From contig NC_087251.1 of assembly GCF_037042905.1 (NCBI RefSeq), forward strand, positions 42,658,001 through 42,722,000: a DNA stretch of 64,000 bases, read 5' to 3'. The notes below the pieces were generated by a model that saw nothing but the letters and a program-made list of their open reading frames with translations, had not been told where the DNA came from and ran no database searches. This document shows positions 50,302 to 60,912 of the stretch, in pieces. The position numbers and the translations under genes were made by a program. The stretch's first letter is position 1. Each line of letters starts with the position of its first letter. The DNA is from Lytechinus pictus. Taxonomy: Eukaryota.

Positions 50302-51604
50302 CTTGATCTAGATCTGTAAATTCTACATACAATGGAGGAGGAAAGGAAACAAAAATAGATTTGTTGTGGATATAAATGGTGAAGTAAGATCTTTGAATAT
50401 TAAATTTCAGAAATTCTATGAGAAAATGCCTTACAAGTTACATGACAATGGTTAGGTCAATACAGTCCGGCTTCTCTTATCCGGCCTCCCCTTTTCAGGA
50501 TCTCTCTATTATACGGACGCACACTTGCCGAGATTTTTTTTTTTTTTTTCATCTCGCATATGGGGAAATGAGATTTCATTCCCTACGCGAACTCACTTTG
50601 ATTACATACATATTCCAATATAGTCTACCTACAATCACATTATTTTTTATGAAATATCTCACCCAAATCACAGAAAGAACTTAGACAAGATAATTTTCCA
50701 GTAAATCGGGGCACAGCGCAACCTTTTTATCACATTCTTTTTTTTTCCCGGGAAAAACAACACGTCTCACTAGCTAGCGCTATAGGCCTCGATACAGACA
50801 GCGCCATCTATCATATTTAAGCCTACAGTCATTACAATGGCTGACTTTGCGAAGCTGCGATGATCCAATTTAAAAACTTATTTTCGAGTCATTTTCTTTC
50901 TTTTGAGGTATGCTCAATGTATTCCTCAATCATTTCAGCTGGTATAATTTGCACTGACACTGCAATTAATATTGTCCGTGTACGCCCACTGCAATAGATA
51001 ATGTGTAGCTACCATAAGGGAGGCAGCTGCGTGTATTTAATAATTAATAAATAATTCGCTGCCGATTTCAAAACATCGCATGCGGATGCGTTATGCGCGA
51101 GGTACATGGGTGTGAGTGGTCACAAATAAAAAGATCTGAAAAACGCTGAAGAGTGTTGAAAAAGTCTGAAATAGAAAGAGCTCCCAGGCCATACTTTTTG
51201 TACAGAGGAAGGCCAAAAATAAGCTGAAATTAAGCTGGAAAAAAAAAAAAAAATGAAATCAGATAAAATTCTGAACTCTCACACCCCTGGGCCTGGAGGT
51301 ACCGGGTCCGGTCCGAGCTCGGCAGCGAATTATTCATACGTGTGAGGAACTTCATGTTTGTTGGCTCTAAATCACCAATTTTGAGACTGAGACTGAGTGA
51401 TAGAAGCATGGAAAAGTGAAACTTGCCACTAAAGAATATTATTAGTTTTAGGAAAATAATTGTTTTTAAAGATCGTGATGTTGCATGAATTTTATATTTT
51501 CCCCCCATAAAATCCCACCTTTTGTCACTCGGAATATCAGATATATATGTGTAAACTTGTTTTTTTTTTTTTTAACTAGTTGTTTATTGTCTTGGTGAAC
51601 TTAC

Positions 51605-52180
51605 TGCTGAAATAGTCAATTCTGCTGCTCCAGTGCCGGTGCCTCCAGATCAGCTACTCGACCACTTGCACTGCTTTCTCCGGCAGCCAGAAGCCCACAC
51701 GAAAGTCGTGGCGGCGTACTCGGGGGCACTACTCCACTCGGACTGCCGTCCCGATTCACGTGCCGCAGCTGCAGATAATGAGATATCTGTATTAAATTAA
51801 TGCAGTCGACCCGTAGGCCCACTAAACAGTTCAAAATGAGCTAGGCTCTTCGTCCCATATTGGTGTGGAAGCAGGACGGAGAATGTTATTAATTTGTCCA
51901 CAGAATACCTCACAAAAGATTGTCATTAAATACCATTCATCAACACTTCGTCCGATCGATCAGCGTACGAACGTACAGGGCCGATGTAGCTAGCGCTCTA
52001 GCAGCCACCGCGCCGCCTGCCGACCTGGCGCACAAGGCGATGTGTTGCTCGTGTGACGTGCTATGCTGCTGCAGCCGTCGCGATGACTGCATACATTATT
52101 TTGCTACACAGATATGAGCGCGCCAAATTTTGATTCTAGCGCGCCTGAATAACCCCCAAGACGACAGGTGGCGCTGTTTT
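51605..52180 (-). promoter_or_regulatory. Candidate WDHD1 promoter and 5' non-coding exons (CpG-rich island)
   Basis: Locally GC/CpG-rich. E2F-type site TTTGGCGC on - strand at 52120-52127. Candidate non-coding exons: ~52090-51909 (donor gtattc) and 51768-51605 (ctgcag acceptor, gtaagt donor). Confidence 0.55.
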
Positions 52181-52219
52181 CAAAAACAAATTTTTACAAA
52201 AACTTATTGATCATAATTA

Positions 52220-53324
52220 TGAAGAGTTTGGTTGCAAAAGGGGTTACTTTGGACCATTCCGAGAAAAATCATGTTCTTTTTTATTCTCCCATATTGCAAT
52301 ATTCTTATGAGAAACTAGATTGTCATGATGCACTACTCTGCCATATAAACATAAAATTGCCAATTCTACCTGATTTACCTGTCTTCAATTTTTTCTATAT
52401 ATATTTTTTTAAAATAATTGTGGACCTAATCCTTTTGCAAGGCAAACTGAAATGAATCCAATCTCTTTTGATTAAAAATGTGATTTTCTTTGCCACTTTT
52501 ATTCACGTGTTAATGTAAATTTCAAATTTTATTTGGTATCATCAGATCGCGACTACAAAGCTGTAGGTTTTTAGACAGAAAACAATAAAATTTAGGAAAA
52601 ATGGACCTAACCCCTTTTGACAAATGATAATAATAATAATAATAGCTGGATTTATAAAGCGCTTTTTGCCAGAGGATACAAAGCGCTGCTATTATTACCC
52701 CGGCTTTAGCTCGAGCTACCATCACCGGCCCTCAGTGCATGCAAGGAATTAATCCTGCCGGGTATACCTCACCTGGGTCGAGTGCAGCACAGTGTGGATA
52801 AATTTCTTGCTGAAGGAAAACACGCCATGGCTATAGGATTCGAACCCACGACCCTCTGTTTGAAAGGCGAGAGTCAGAACCACTAGACCACGACGCTCTT
52901 CAGAAGAGTTTTGTTGCATAAGGGATTAGGTCCACTCCAAAAAAATCATTCTTTTTTATTCTCCCATATTGCAATATTCTCATGCGAAACTAAATTTTCA
53001 TGATACACATAGCTATCATGTGAACATAAAATTGGGTATAAAAGAAATTTACCTGTCTTCATATTTCTTTAAATATTCTTTTCCAAAAACAATTCTTTGT
53101 GGACCTAACCCCTTTTGCAACCAAACTGAAATGGACCTAATAACCCCTTTTGAAAAAAATGTAATTTTTCTTTGCCATTTTTGTTCACTTTTAATGCCGG
53201 GGAATTTCAACTTTTCTTTGGTATCATCTTATAAAGCTATACTAAAAATCTATACATTGAAACAAAAACAAAAATCAAATTTGATGAAAAAAGGACCTAA
53301 CCCCTTTTGCAACTGAGCTCTTCA
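52220..53324. mobile_element. DNA element (GAAGAG..TTGCAAAAGGGGTTA termini) interrupted by a SINE
   Basis: Inverted termini; a reverse-complement copy lacking the SINE lies at 58855-59573. Confidence 0.85.
52629..52895 (-). mobile_element. tRNA-derived SINE, full length; fragments at ~47545-47755, ~34510-34620, ~17300-17375 and ~5820-5990
   Basis: Head cgtcgTGGTCTAGTGGttctgactctcgcctttcaaacagagggtcgtgGGTTCGAATCC with Pol III A and B boxes; (ATT)n tail. Confidence 0.88.
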
Positions 53325-54126
53325 TATACAAAACTCTTACAACTATACCAAACTACATTTCATATTGCAATAATCAAGAATTAAGGTGTCATCAACAACC
53401 AAGTTTCTCGATGCAAAAGAAAGCATTTGGCATGGCGTTGGGTCTGGCTGCAGATAGATACACCCCGGAGATACACACAATTTTCGTGTTTATATAAAAC
53501 AGAAATATACTTGCCAGGTAGCTAATAAAAATTATTATTTGGCAAAATGTCACATTATTAATGCAAGCACATACATGCCTGACTCGATCATATTCCATGT
53601 ATGGGGGCCCAATGCTCTCTTGAAGAAGATAGTGGGGTCATTTTTTGTTTGTTTTAAAATAAGGTCCATGACGGCATGGCAATGGGAAGCGGGGTGCACC
53701 CCCAAAATTTTCCCAGGGGGTGCTGCGTGTCATATTTTCCATAGGCAGGACCCCCTGGGATAAAGGTAATTTGGAGAAATGTATAGAAAATAACCAACAA
53801 GCCTTTTTTTTTTTGTTGATATGAAATTTCTTGGGACTAAAACGGCCTTTAATTTGAAGTCAAAACCTTCTTTTTTTGCTCGTCAAATTTTAGCACCCCC
53901 ATGCACCCCAAAAATATTCCCAGGGCCCTGCATGACAGTTCGATGGAAGTTGGCCTCATTGCCACCCCCCCCCCCCCACCCGGCGGGGTACTCACAATCA
54001 GTAATGGGGCCGCGGAATCGTTTCAAGGGGGGGGGGGGGCTGACCGTGCAAAAATCTTAATGAGATTATATAATTTTTACATTCATGTAAACGGTTTTTT
54101 AATGGGGGGGGGGTCATTACCCCTGC

Positions 54127-54663
54127 TTAAAGGGGTATACTCCAGGCTGAAAATAATAAGATTTAAAAAGATAAAGAAAAATCAAACAAACACTGAAAAT
54201 TTGATCAAAACCGGACAAGGAATAGCAAATTTATGACATTTTGAATATTTGCATAATTTACAAATAGTTATGTATGCTGGTCTTTATGAATATTCATTGA
54301 GCAAATTTATGATGCAATATTATTCTGACCCCAGGATTTCAATAACAAAAAAAGATTGGATTGTTGGATATTTTAATGATTGCTGCAACTTCTCTATTAT
54401 TAGGGAGACATAACCATACATAACAACGAAAAACATGAATTAATTATGAATTCATGTAATAACATAAGAAAAGGGTAAGCGGGGACAAGACATCATCGGC
54501 CCACCTAATGAAAATTCATGAAAACGTGCATTGTTTTTACAAAATTTTTGGTAAGCATTACAATTCAATAAATTCGTTATTTGATATCAGATTTTGATGA
54601 AATTTAACTCTATTTATTTGAACATGCTAAATATAATCATTTTTAGCACGTAGTATCCCTTTA
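54127..54663. mobile_element. Diverged Kolobok-like MITE
   Basis: ttaaaggggtatactcc ... gtagtatccctttac imperfect TIRs. Confidence 0.6.
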
Positions 54664-54850
54664 CCGCCCCCTTTTCACGCCTTCTCAGCAGTAACCAAGA
54701 ATAAAAATTTCACCCCTTTTATTGACAATCCCGTTCTACCCCGTTCCTAAGCTCCTCAGACAACTTTTTAGTTCCGAACACCCTCATTTGCAGTGGGCCA
54801 TCTAGTATACTTATAGCCCCTCAATAGGAACTTAAGTTAATTCTTAGGGG

Positions 54851-55090
54851 TACACTGCAAAACGCCGGTGTTAATTTAACACCAGTATCTATATCGGTCC
54901 ACACCAAAGAGGTGTTGAAACAACACCGGTTTGGCGTTAGGCTAACACCAAGTTGGCATTTCAGCAACACCAGATAGTGTTAAACCAATATCGGTTAGAT
55001 TCTTAACTGGTGTTGTTTTAACACCTTTCTGGTGTGAACGATATAGATAACAGACTGGTGTTAAATCAGCACCGGTGTTTTTGCAGTGTA
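54851..55090. mobile_element. Palindromic MITE with TA flanks and CACTG termini (EnSpm/CACTA-like), copy 1
   Basis: tacactgcaaaacgccggtg ... caccggtgtttttgcagtgta. Confidence 0.85.
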
Positions 55091-55259
55091 TGGTTTCAGA
55101 TTGGGGGCCGACCTCCCCCCCCCCCGGATATAAGCCACAGATAGCTCTCCTCTGAATAAAAATCTCATGTCATGCTGGTCCAATCTGCCAAGCATCTCAT
55201 CATTCTTGTATACACTCGTGCATTTAGTCCGTTAAAATAATTAAGTAGGCATTTATTCC

Positions 55260-55491
55260 TACACTGCAAAAACTCCGGTGTTGATTTAACACCAGCCCGG
55301 AATCTATATATGTCCACACCAGAGAAGTATTGAAACAACACCAGTTTGGAATTTTAATACTAATTGGTGTTGTATAAACACTTATCTGGTGTTAGACCAA
55401 AACGAAACTGGTGTTGTTTAACACTTCTCTGGTGTGGACATGTATAGATTCCGGGCTGGTGTTAAATTAACACCAGAGTTTTTGCAGTGTA
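55260..55491. mobile_element. Palindromic CACTG-terminus MITE, copy 2
   Basis: Near-perfect ~85-bp inverted arms; tacactgcaaaaactc ... gagtttttgcagtgta. Confidence 0.9.
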
Positions 55492-55708
55492 CCAATATTA
55501 TATGTCCGGCCAATGTTTTTTGCAACGATAACTTGGATAACTTCAACTGCAAGTTATCAAAGTTCTTGCTAAAAAAAACCCAACAACAACGGCGCACCCA
55601 TATACGGTTTAAAGTAAAATGTAATATTGAAGCATATTATTTTTTTTCTTTTATTTTCAATATCAATGGGGAATCAATCATCTTGTTATACATTCGTCGG
55701 TATTCCAT

Positions 55709-55739
<31 letters not shown>

Positions 55740-56039
55740 TTGTATATTTGTATTTTAACGATAATATTATGAGCCATATAGACGGACTGCCATAAGTGTT
55801 TAGACAAACATTATAAATGTCACCTGTACGAAACGTGTCCATTCTAATATGCACATGCACTCATGCTATTGCCCAAACGGATAACAATGAGATATAAAAA
55901 TTCATAAATCAAAACAAAATTGGTGCATCGGTGGCGAGTTCCTCGGACGGTTGTTATAAAAATCGTTAATTTTTCTTATGTGTTTGTATTAATGTTACTG
56001 ACTTCTCCAAATCATCGTTTGAGAGGACTTGATCTGAAG

Positions 56040-56121
56040 ATGAAATTAAGTTTGTTCCTCCTGCTCACCGGAGTGGTTTTCTTTTCGCTTCTGCACATTC
56101 GTTCCGGTGGAGCTTCCCGGG
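56040..56121 (+). CDS. Gene C exon 1: signal peptide MKLSLFLLLTGVVFFSLLHIRSGGASR of a small secreted TIL-like protein
   Basis: aagATG start, hydrophobic leader, G|gtaatg donor, phase 1. TATA-like tataaaaa at ~55893. Confidence 0.8.
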
Positions 56122-56499
56122 GTAATGAATAACATTCTGGTATTTTTCGATAGAGGCCAAAGTGATACGGGTTGATGGTATCTATGACAATGGATTTTTT
56201 TTATTCCATTTAATTCAAAATACTAGCGTGTTTGCTGTCTTTGTGTAACAACAAATCGTACTTTCTTAATGTCCTTTATTTCAATTATCAAAATCATACT
56301 TTCTCCGGTTATATGATTCATCACTTTAAACTTGTTTATGTATTTCAGTGTAAATATTATGTTTTATGAATATTACGTTTTATCTGAATGGTTAAGTGAA
56401 TAATTGGATGACTGTGTGGTGGATAGTTTAGCAGTTGTAGTAGAGGTGTAACGATGGCATGTGCTCCTGATGTGTATAGAACCCGACAATGGTGATTAA

Positions 56500-56559
56500 A
56501 GATGGAAATGGTGATGATAGAGGTGATAATGATGATGATGATGGTGATGATGATGATGG

Positions 56560-56595
<36 letters not shown>

Positions 56596-56596
56596 C

Positions 56597-56628
<32 letters not shown>

Positions 56629-57535
56629 CGATGATGAGACGAGATCCTGGAACAATTCCTGAGGATGAGGTGACAAGTCCCTGAACCCATTCCTGAAAAA
56701 GAGATGACGAGTCCCTGAACTTGTTCCTGAAGATTAGATGACGAGTCCCTGAACTCATTCCTGAAGATGAGATGACGTGTCCCTGAACCCATTCTGAAGA
56801 TGAGGTGATGAGTCCCTGAACTCATTCCCGAAGATGAGATGACGAGTCCCCGAAATCATTCCTGAAGAAGAGTTGACGAGTCCCTGAACTGATTCCTGAA
56901 GATGAGATGACGAGTCCCAGAACTTATTCTTGAAGATGAGATGACGAGTTCCTGAAATCATTCCCAAAGATGAGATGACGAGTCCCTGAACTCATTCTTG
57001 AAGATGAGATGACGAGTCCCTGAACTCATTCTTGAAGATGAGATGACGAGTCCCTAAACTCATTACTGCAGATGAGGTGACGAGTCCCTGAACTGATTTC
57101 TGAAGATGAGATGACGAGTCCCAGAACACATTCCTGAAGATGAGATGACGAGTCCCTGAACCCTATCCTAATAATGAGATGACGAGTCCCTGATCTCATT
57201 CTTGCAAATGAGATGACGAGTCCCCGAACACATTCCTGCAGATGAGATGACGAGTCCCTGAACTCATTCCTGCAGATGAGATGACGAGTTTCTGAACTAA
57301 TTCCTGCAGATGAGATGACGAGTCCCTGAACTGATTCCTGACGATGAGGTGACGAGTCCCCGAACACATTCCTGAAGAATGAGATGACGAGTCCCTGACT
57401 CATTCCTGAAGATGAGGTGACGAGTCCCTGAATTCATTCCTGAAGATGAGATAACGAGTCCCAGAGCCCAATCCTGCAGATGAGATGACGAGTCCCTCAA
57501 CTCATTCCTGACATGCCTGATGATGAGATCTCCCT
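56500..57535. repeat. (GAT)n microsatellite followed by 34-bp minisatellite (CCTGAAGATGAGATGACGAGTCCCTGAACTCATT) in gene C intron 1
   Basis: GAT run 56500-56636, then about 26 units of 34 bp. Confidence 0.95.
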
Positions 57536-57941
57536 GAAATGTCTCGTGTATCGGAGACATAGATATCGGCGACATAATGTGGAAAGTGATTTTGACGAGA
57601 GTATATCTCTCCCATTTACTTCTATCTGTCATTGTTAAGACATGCCTCCGTCTCTGGACACACGTGTCTCTGTCTTGGTCTCTTACCGGTCTGAGACTGC
57701 ACCCATCACTGTCTATTATACGAAGTACGCATCGATCTTGTCCCTGTCTTCTAACGCTCATCACAAAAAAGTAGTGTGTGTAGCGCTTTGTAACCGAAAA
57801 GAAAAGGCGCCATATCAATAATATGGGTTGGATCGGCCGGGTCACCAAGGGGCTGCGCCATTTCATGTCTCAAGCCTAAACCGTAGAATACTGTTGTTTT
57901 ATCATCGTTGGTCATTATGTTTTGTTGTTTCACTATTATAG

Positions 57942-58088
57942 ATCGTGATGGGAGGTCCGAAGCTTTAATTTGCCCCGGTAACTTGGAATATTTAGATGAC
58001 GGCCCAGGATGTGGTTCTCCATCATGTTTCATTCCACACGAGATGTCGTGCAACCGAGCCTCCAGTTCAGGTTGTTTCTGCCCAAAAG
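57942..58088 (+). CDS. Gene C exon 2: TIL-like Cys-rich domain (CPGNLEYLDDGPGCGSPSC...CNRASSSGCFCPK)
   Basis: ttatag acceptor and G|gtcaac donor, phase 1 to 1; CP.N..Y and GCFCP.G motifs of trypsin-inhibitor-like domains. Confidence 0.85.
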
Positions 58089-58680
58089 GTCAACATTCTA
58101 TCATCAGTAGTATTATCATTATTTTAAATCACTTGAAGTAAAGCTTCGCCAAAATCATAAAGATATCAAATCTTGTATTTTTAGGTTTGTATTTTGGAAT
58201 ATCACATGGCAGGTACCTGTTAAAAGGTTTTTAATGAATACGAGGGCTTGACATTAGAGGTTGTATGATTATACTAAAAAAAATAACACTGCAATTCTAT
58301 TATTTCTTAATTCTCTATATACAAATTATTCAAGCCAGTACAGCTCATTATAGCGAGATTTCAATTATAGTTACAATGCATGACATTTTATAGGCCGGGA
58401 ACTAATGATGAAGTAAACTTGCCCATAATTTTTTTTGTTTTAGCTGATGGATACTTTTGTTATCATATTAAAATTACTGGCGTAACCATGGTTTTTAATA
58501 GTAGGCAAGGAGTAAAACAGATGTCGGGGCGCTGAGGGTGGAAGAGGGTAATCACCTACCACGGAAGCGAGATTCTAAGAACATTTGCGCATGAAAACGG
58601 AATTTCCTGACCTCATAAGTCATTCTTTATTATATCTATGAATTATTTCTCTATTCTCTTTCTAATTCCCTATAACGCAG

Positions 58681-58811
58681 GAATGGTCATGTGTGGAATG
58701 AAGAATTACGCCATCTGCGTCGAAGCATCAGCATGTGGGTCGTCTGCTTGTCCTGTGTGTGAGAATGGCCTGAAGTGGTCGGATGAGCAAAGTGGATGCA
58801 TTCTCGAATAA
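58681..58811 (+). CDS. Gene C exon 3 (GMVMCGMKNYAICVEASACGSSACPVCENGLKWSDEQSGCILE*)
   Basis: Pyrimidine tract plus acgcag acceptor, in phase, TAA stop; total 360 nt, 119 aa. Confidence 0.82.
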
Positions 58812-58854
58812 ATTAAAAAAAAAACTGTTACTATGGAGATTAGATATTCATTTA

Positions 58855-59573
58855 AAGAGCTCAATTGCAAAAGGGGTTAGATCCATTTCAGCTTGTTTGT
58901 AAAAGGGGTCAGATCCACAAAGGGAAATTTTTTTTTTTTTTTTGGGGGGGGGGGGAATATTAAAAAAAATATGAAGATAGATTTTTTAAAATATGAAGGT
59001 AGATTTCTTTTATACCCAATTCTATGTTCACGTTGTAGGTTATCATGAAAATTTAGTTTCGCATAAGAATATTGCAATATGGGAGAATGAAAAAAAAAGA
59101 TTTTCTTGTAGTGGATCTAACTCATTTTGCAAATAAACTCTTCTGAAGAGATCGTTTGTCAAAAGGGGTTAGATCAATTTTTCATAACATTTTATTGTTT
59201 TTTTGTTGTTTCAAAACCTATTTTTTGTCGCTCTGATGATACCAAAGAATATTTGAAATTCCCATTAAAACGTGAATAAAAGTGGCCAAGAAAATCACTT
59301 TCTTAATCAAAAGGGATTGGATCCATTTCAGTTTGCTTGCAAAAGGGGTTAGATCCACAATGGTAAGTTTTTGAAAAAAAATATTCAAAAAATTGAAGAC
59401 AGGTAGATTTCATTTATACTCAATTTTATGTTCACACGGCAGGGTAGTGCATCATGACAATCTAGTTTCTCATAAGAACGTTGCAATATGAGAGAATTAA
59501 AAAACAAACATGATTTTTCTCGGAATGGTCCAATAAAGGTGGTTTTAACTACTTTTGCAACCAAACTCTTCAT
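58855..59573. mobile_element. Uninterrupted, reverse-oriented copy of the 52220-53324 element
   Basis: Reverse-complement alignment; aagagctcaattgcaaaaggggttag ... ttttgcaaccaaactcttc. Confidence 0.85.
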
Positions 59574-60034
59574 TTGATGAATAACAGATGATTGTAGGAA
59601 ACTTGTTCAAATTAATTATAAATAAATCAAATGGAGATCGAGAGGATCTGATCGAACATTCTCTGTGACTTTAAAGTGAAAAATGTCCTGGAATGAAATT
59701 TAGTCCGCTTTAGAGCGTATTTTGAAGCAACATTTTTTCATTATACAAATAATGAATGTTTATGAGTGCAATGGACAGAATACTTTATGAGGTGAAAGAT
59801 GAAAAGATCCATTTAACCCCAGCGAGGCGTATAGCCGAGTTGAATGGATCATTCATTTCATCTTTCACCGAATGAAGTATTCTGTCCATTGCACGAATGA
59901 AGGAACATTCATTATTTGGTTTATATGACATTTAAAACTAGATTATTTTTTCATAGGAAATTTATCAATTTCGATGCCTATTATGATCATGCAGTGCGAG
60001 CTCGGTCTGTTGATTGTCGCATATAATTAATAAT

Positions 60035-60198
60035 CTTTTTTTTTTTATCAAATGCATATAGCATTTCCATTTATTTGAAAGCAGGATAAAAGAGCATTGT
60101 AGATTAAATGCCTTGCTCACGGGCATAGGTGCCGCGACCTGGGATCGAACCCCGACTTTCAATGTATAGCCAGGCGCCTTAGACCACTCGGCCACCGC
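60035..60198 (-). mobile_element. Short tRNA-derived SINE (second family)
   Basis: gcggTGGCCGAGTGGtctaaggcgcctggc...ggGGTTCGATCCCagg with A and B boxes, body gcccgtgagcaaggcattt, A-rich tail. Confidence 0.8.
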
Positions 60199-60757
60199 CA
60201 CGGCCATGGTCCAAATGAATTGATCGATATCAAATAACCAATCAAATGCCAAGGATCTATCTAGGTGTCATATAATGGAATATAATAGTGATAGCGGGAT
60301 CATAATAATTTCCATTGAACGATGAACGGGTGTAGTCCTAAAAGCATCGTTGGATTAAAGCGAAGTAAAGTAAATTAATAACATAATGATTTATCGATAA
60401 ATAAAGTGATTCAACACCCCAAATCTAATGTCTTTTTGGTAATCATTTTGACACATTTTTTTCAACAAGAGAGAGAGAGAGAGATGGGGGAGGAGAATGA
60501 AGGATAGATTCAAATTTGATTGTTTTTATTCAATATTATTGACAGTCTATTGCGTGCTTGTAGGTATATACTTTATTTCAATTAAACTTGTACTTTTAAG
60601 CACAATAGGTCACATGAAGCAAAATAATTGGAAAAAAATAAACTTTGCAAAACTATCTCCACTTTAATCCACTCAACTGAAGAGGCGAACTTATCATTCT
60701 TGGAAATGCCTCTTTCGCAGAAGTGCCGCGAGGACATGGATGAGATTGGAATCATGC

Positions 60758-60912
60758 TGCAGTCACATTTCCCCTAATACGGCGGCCGTACGGAGAGTCG
60801 AGAGCAGCCCGTTTAACATTTTTTTGTACCAGCTATAGGTGGTTTGAATAAAAACGAATAAAACGGCTGTTTTCGACTCGCTGCACGGCCACCGTGAGGG
60901 AAATGTGACTGC
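60758..60912. mobile_element. Small hairpin MITE
   Basis: gcagtcacatttccc ... gggaaatgtgactgc with further internal complementarity. Confidence 0.75.

Noticed and set aside
52820..52895. tRNA gene (Glu-like anticodon loop)
   Set aside because: Acceptor stem does not pair well, and it continues into a SINE body with an (ATT)n tail that has other fragments in the window.
56357..57403. Poly-His, poly-Ile, poly-Ser, poly-Met and repetitive ORFs
   Set aside because: Reading frames through the (GAT)n microsatellite and 34-bp minisatellite in an intron.
60130..60198. tRNA gene
   Set aside because: A and B boxes are present but there is no full cloverleaf; it is a SINE head.
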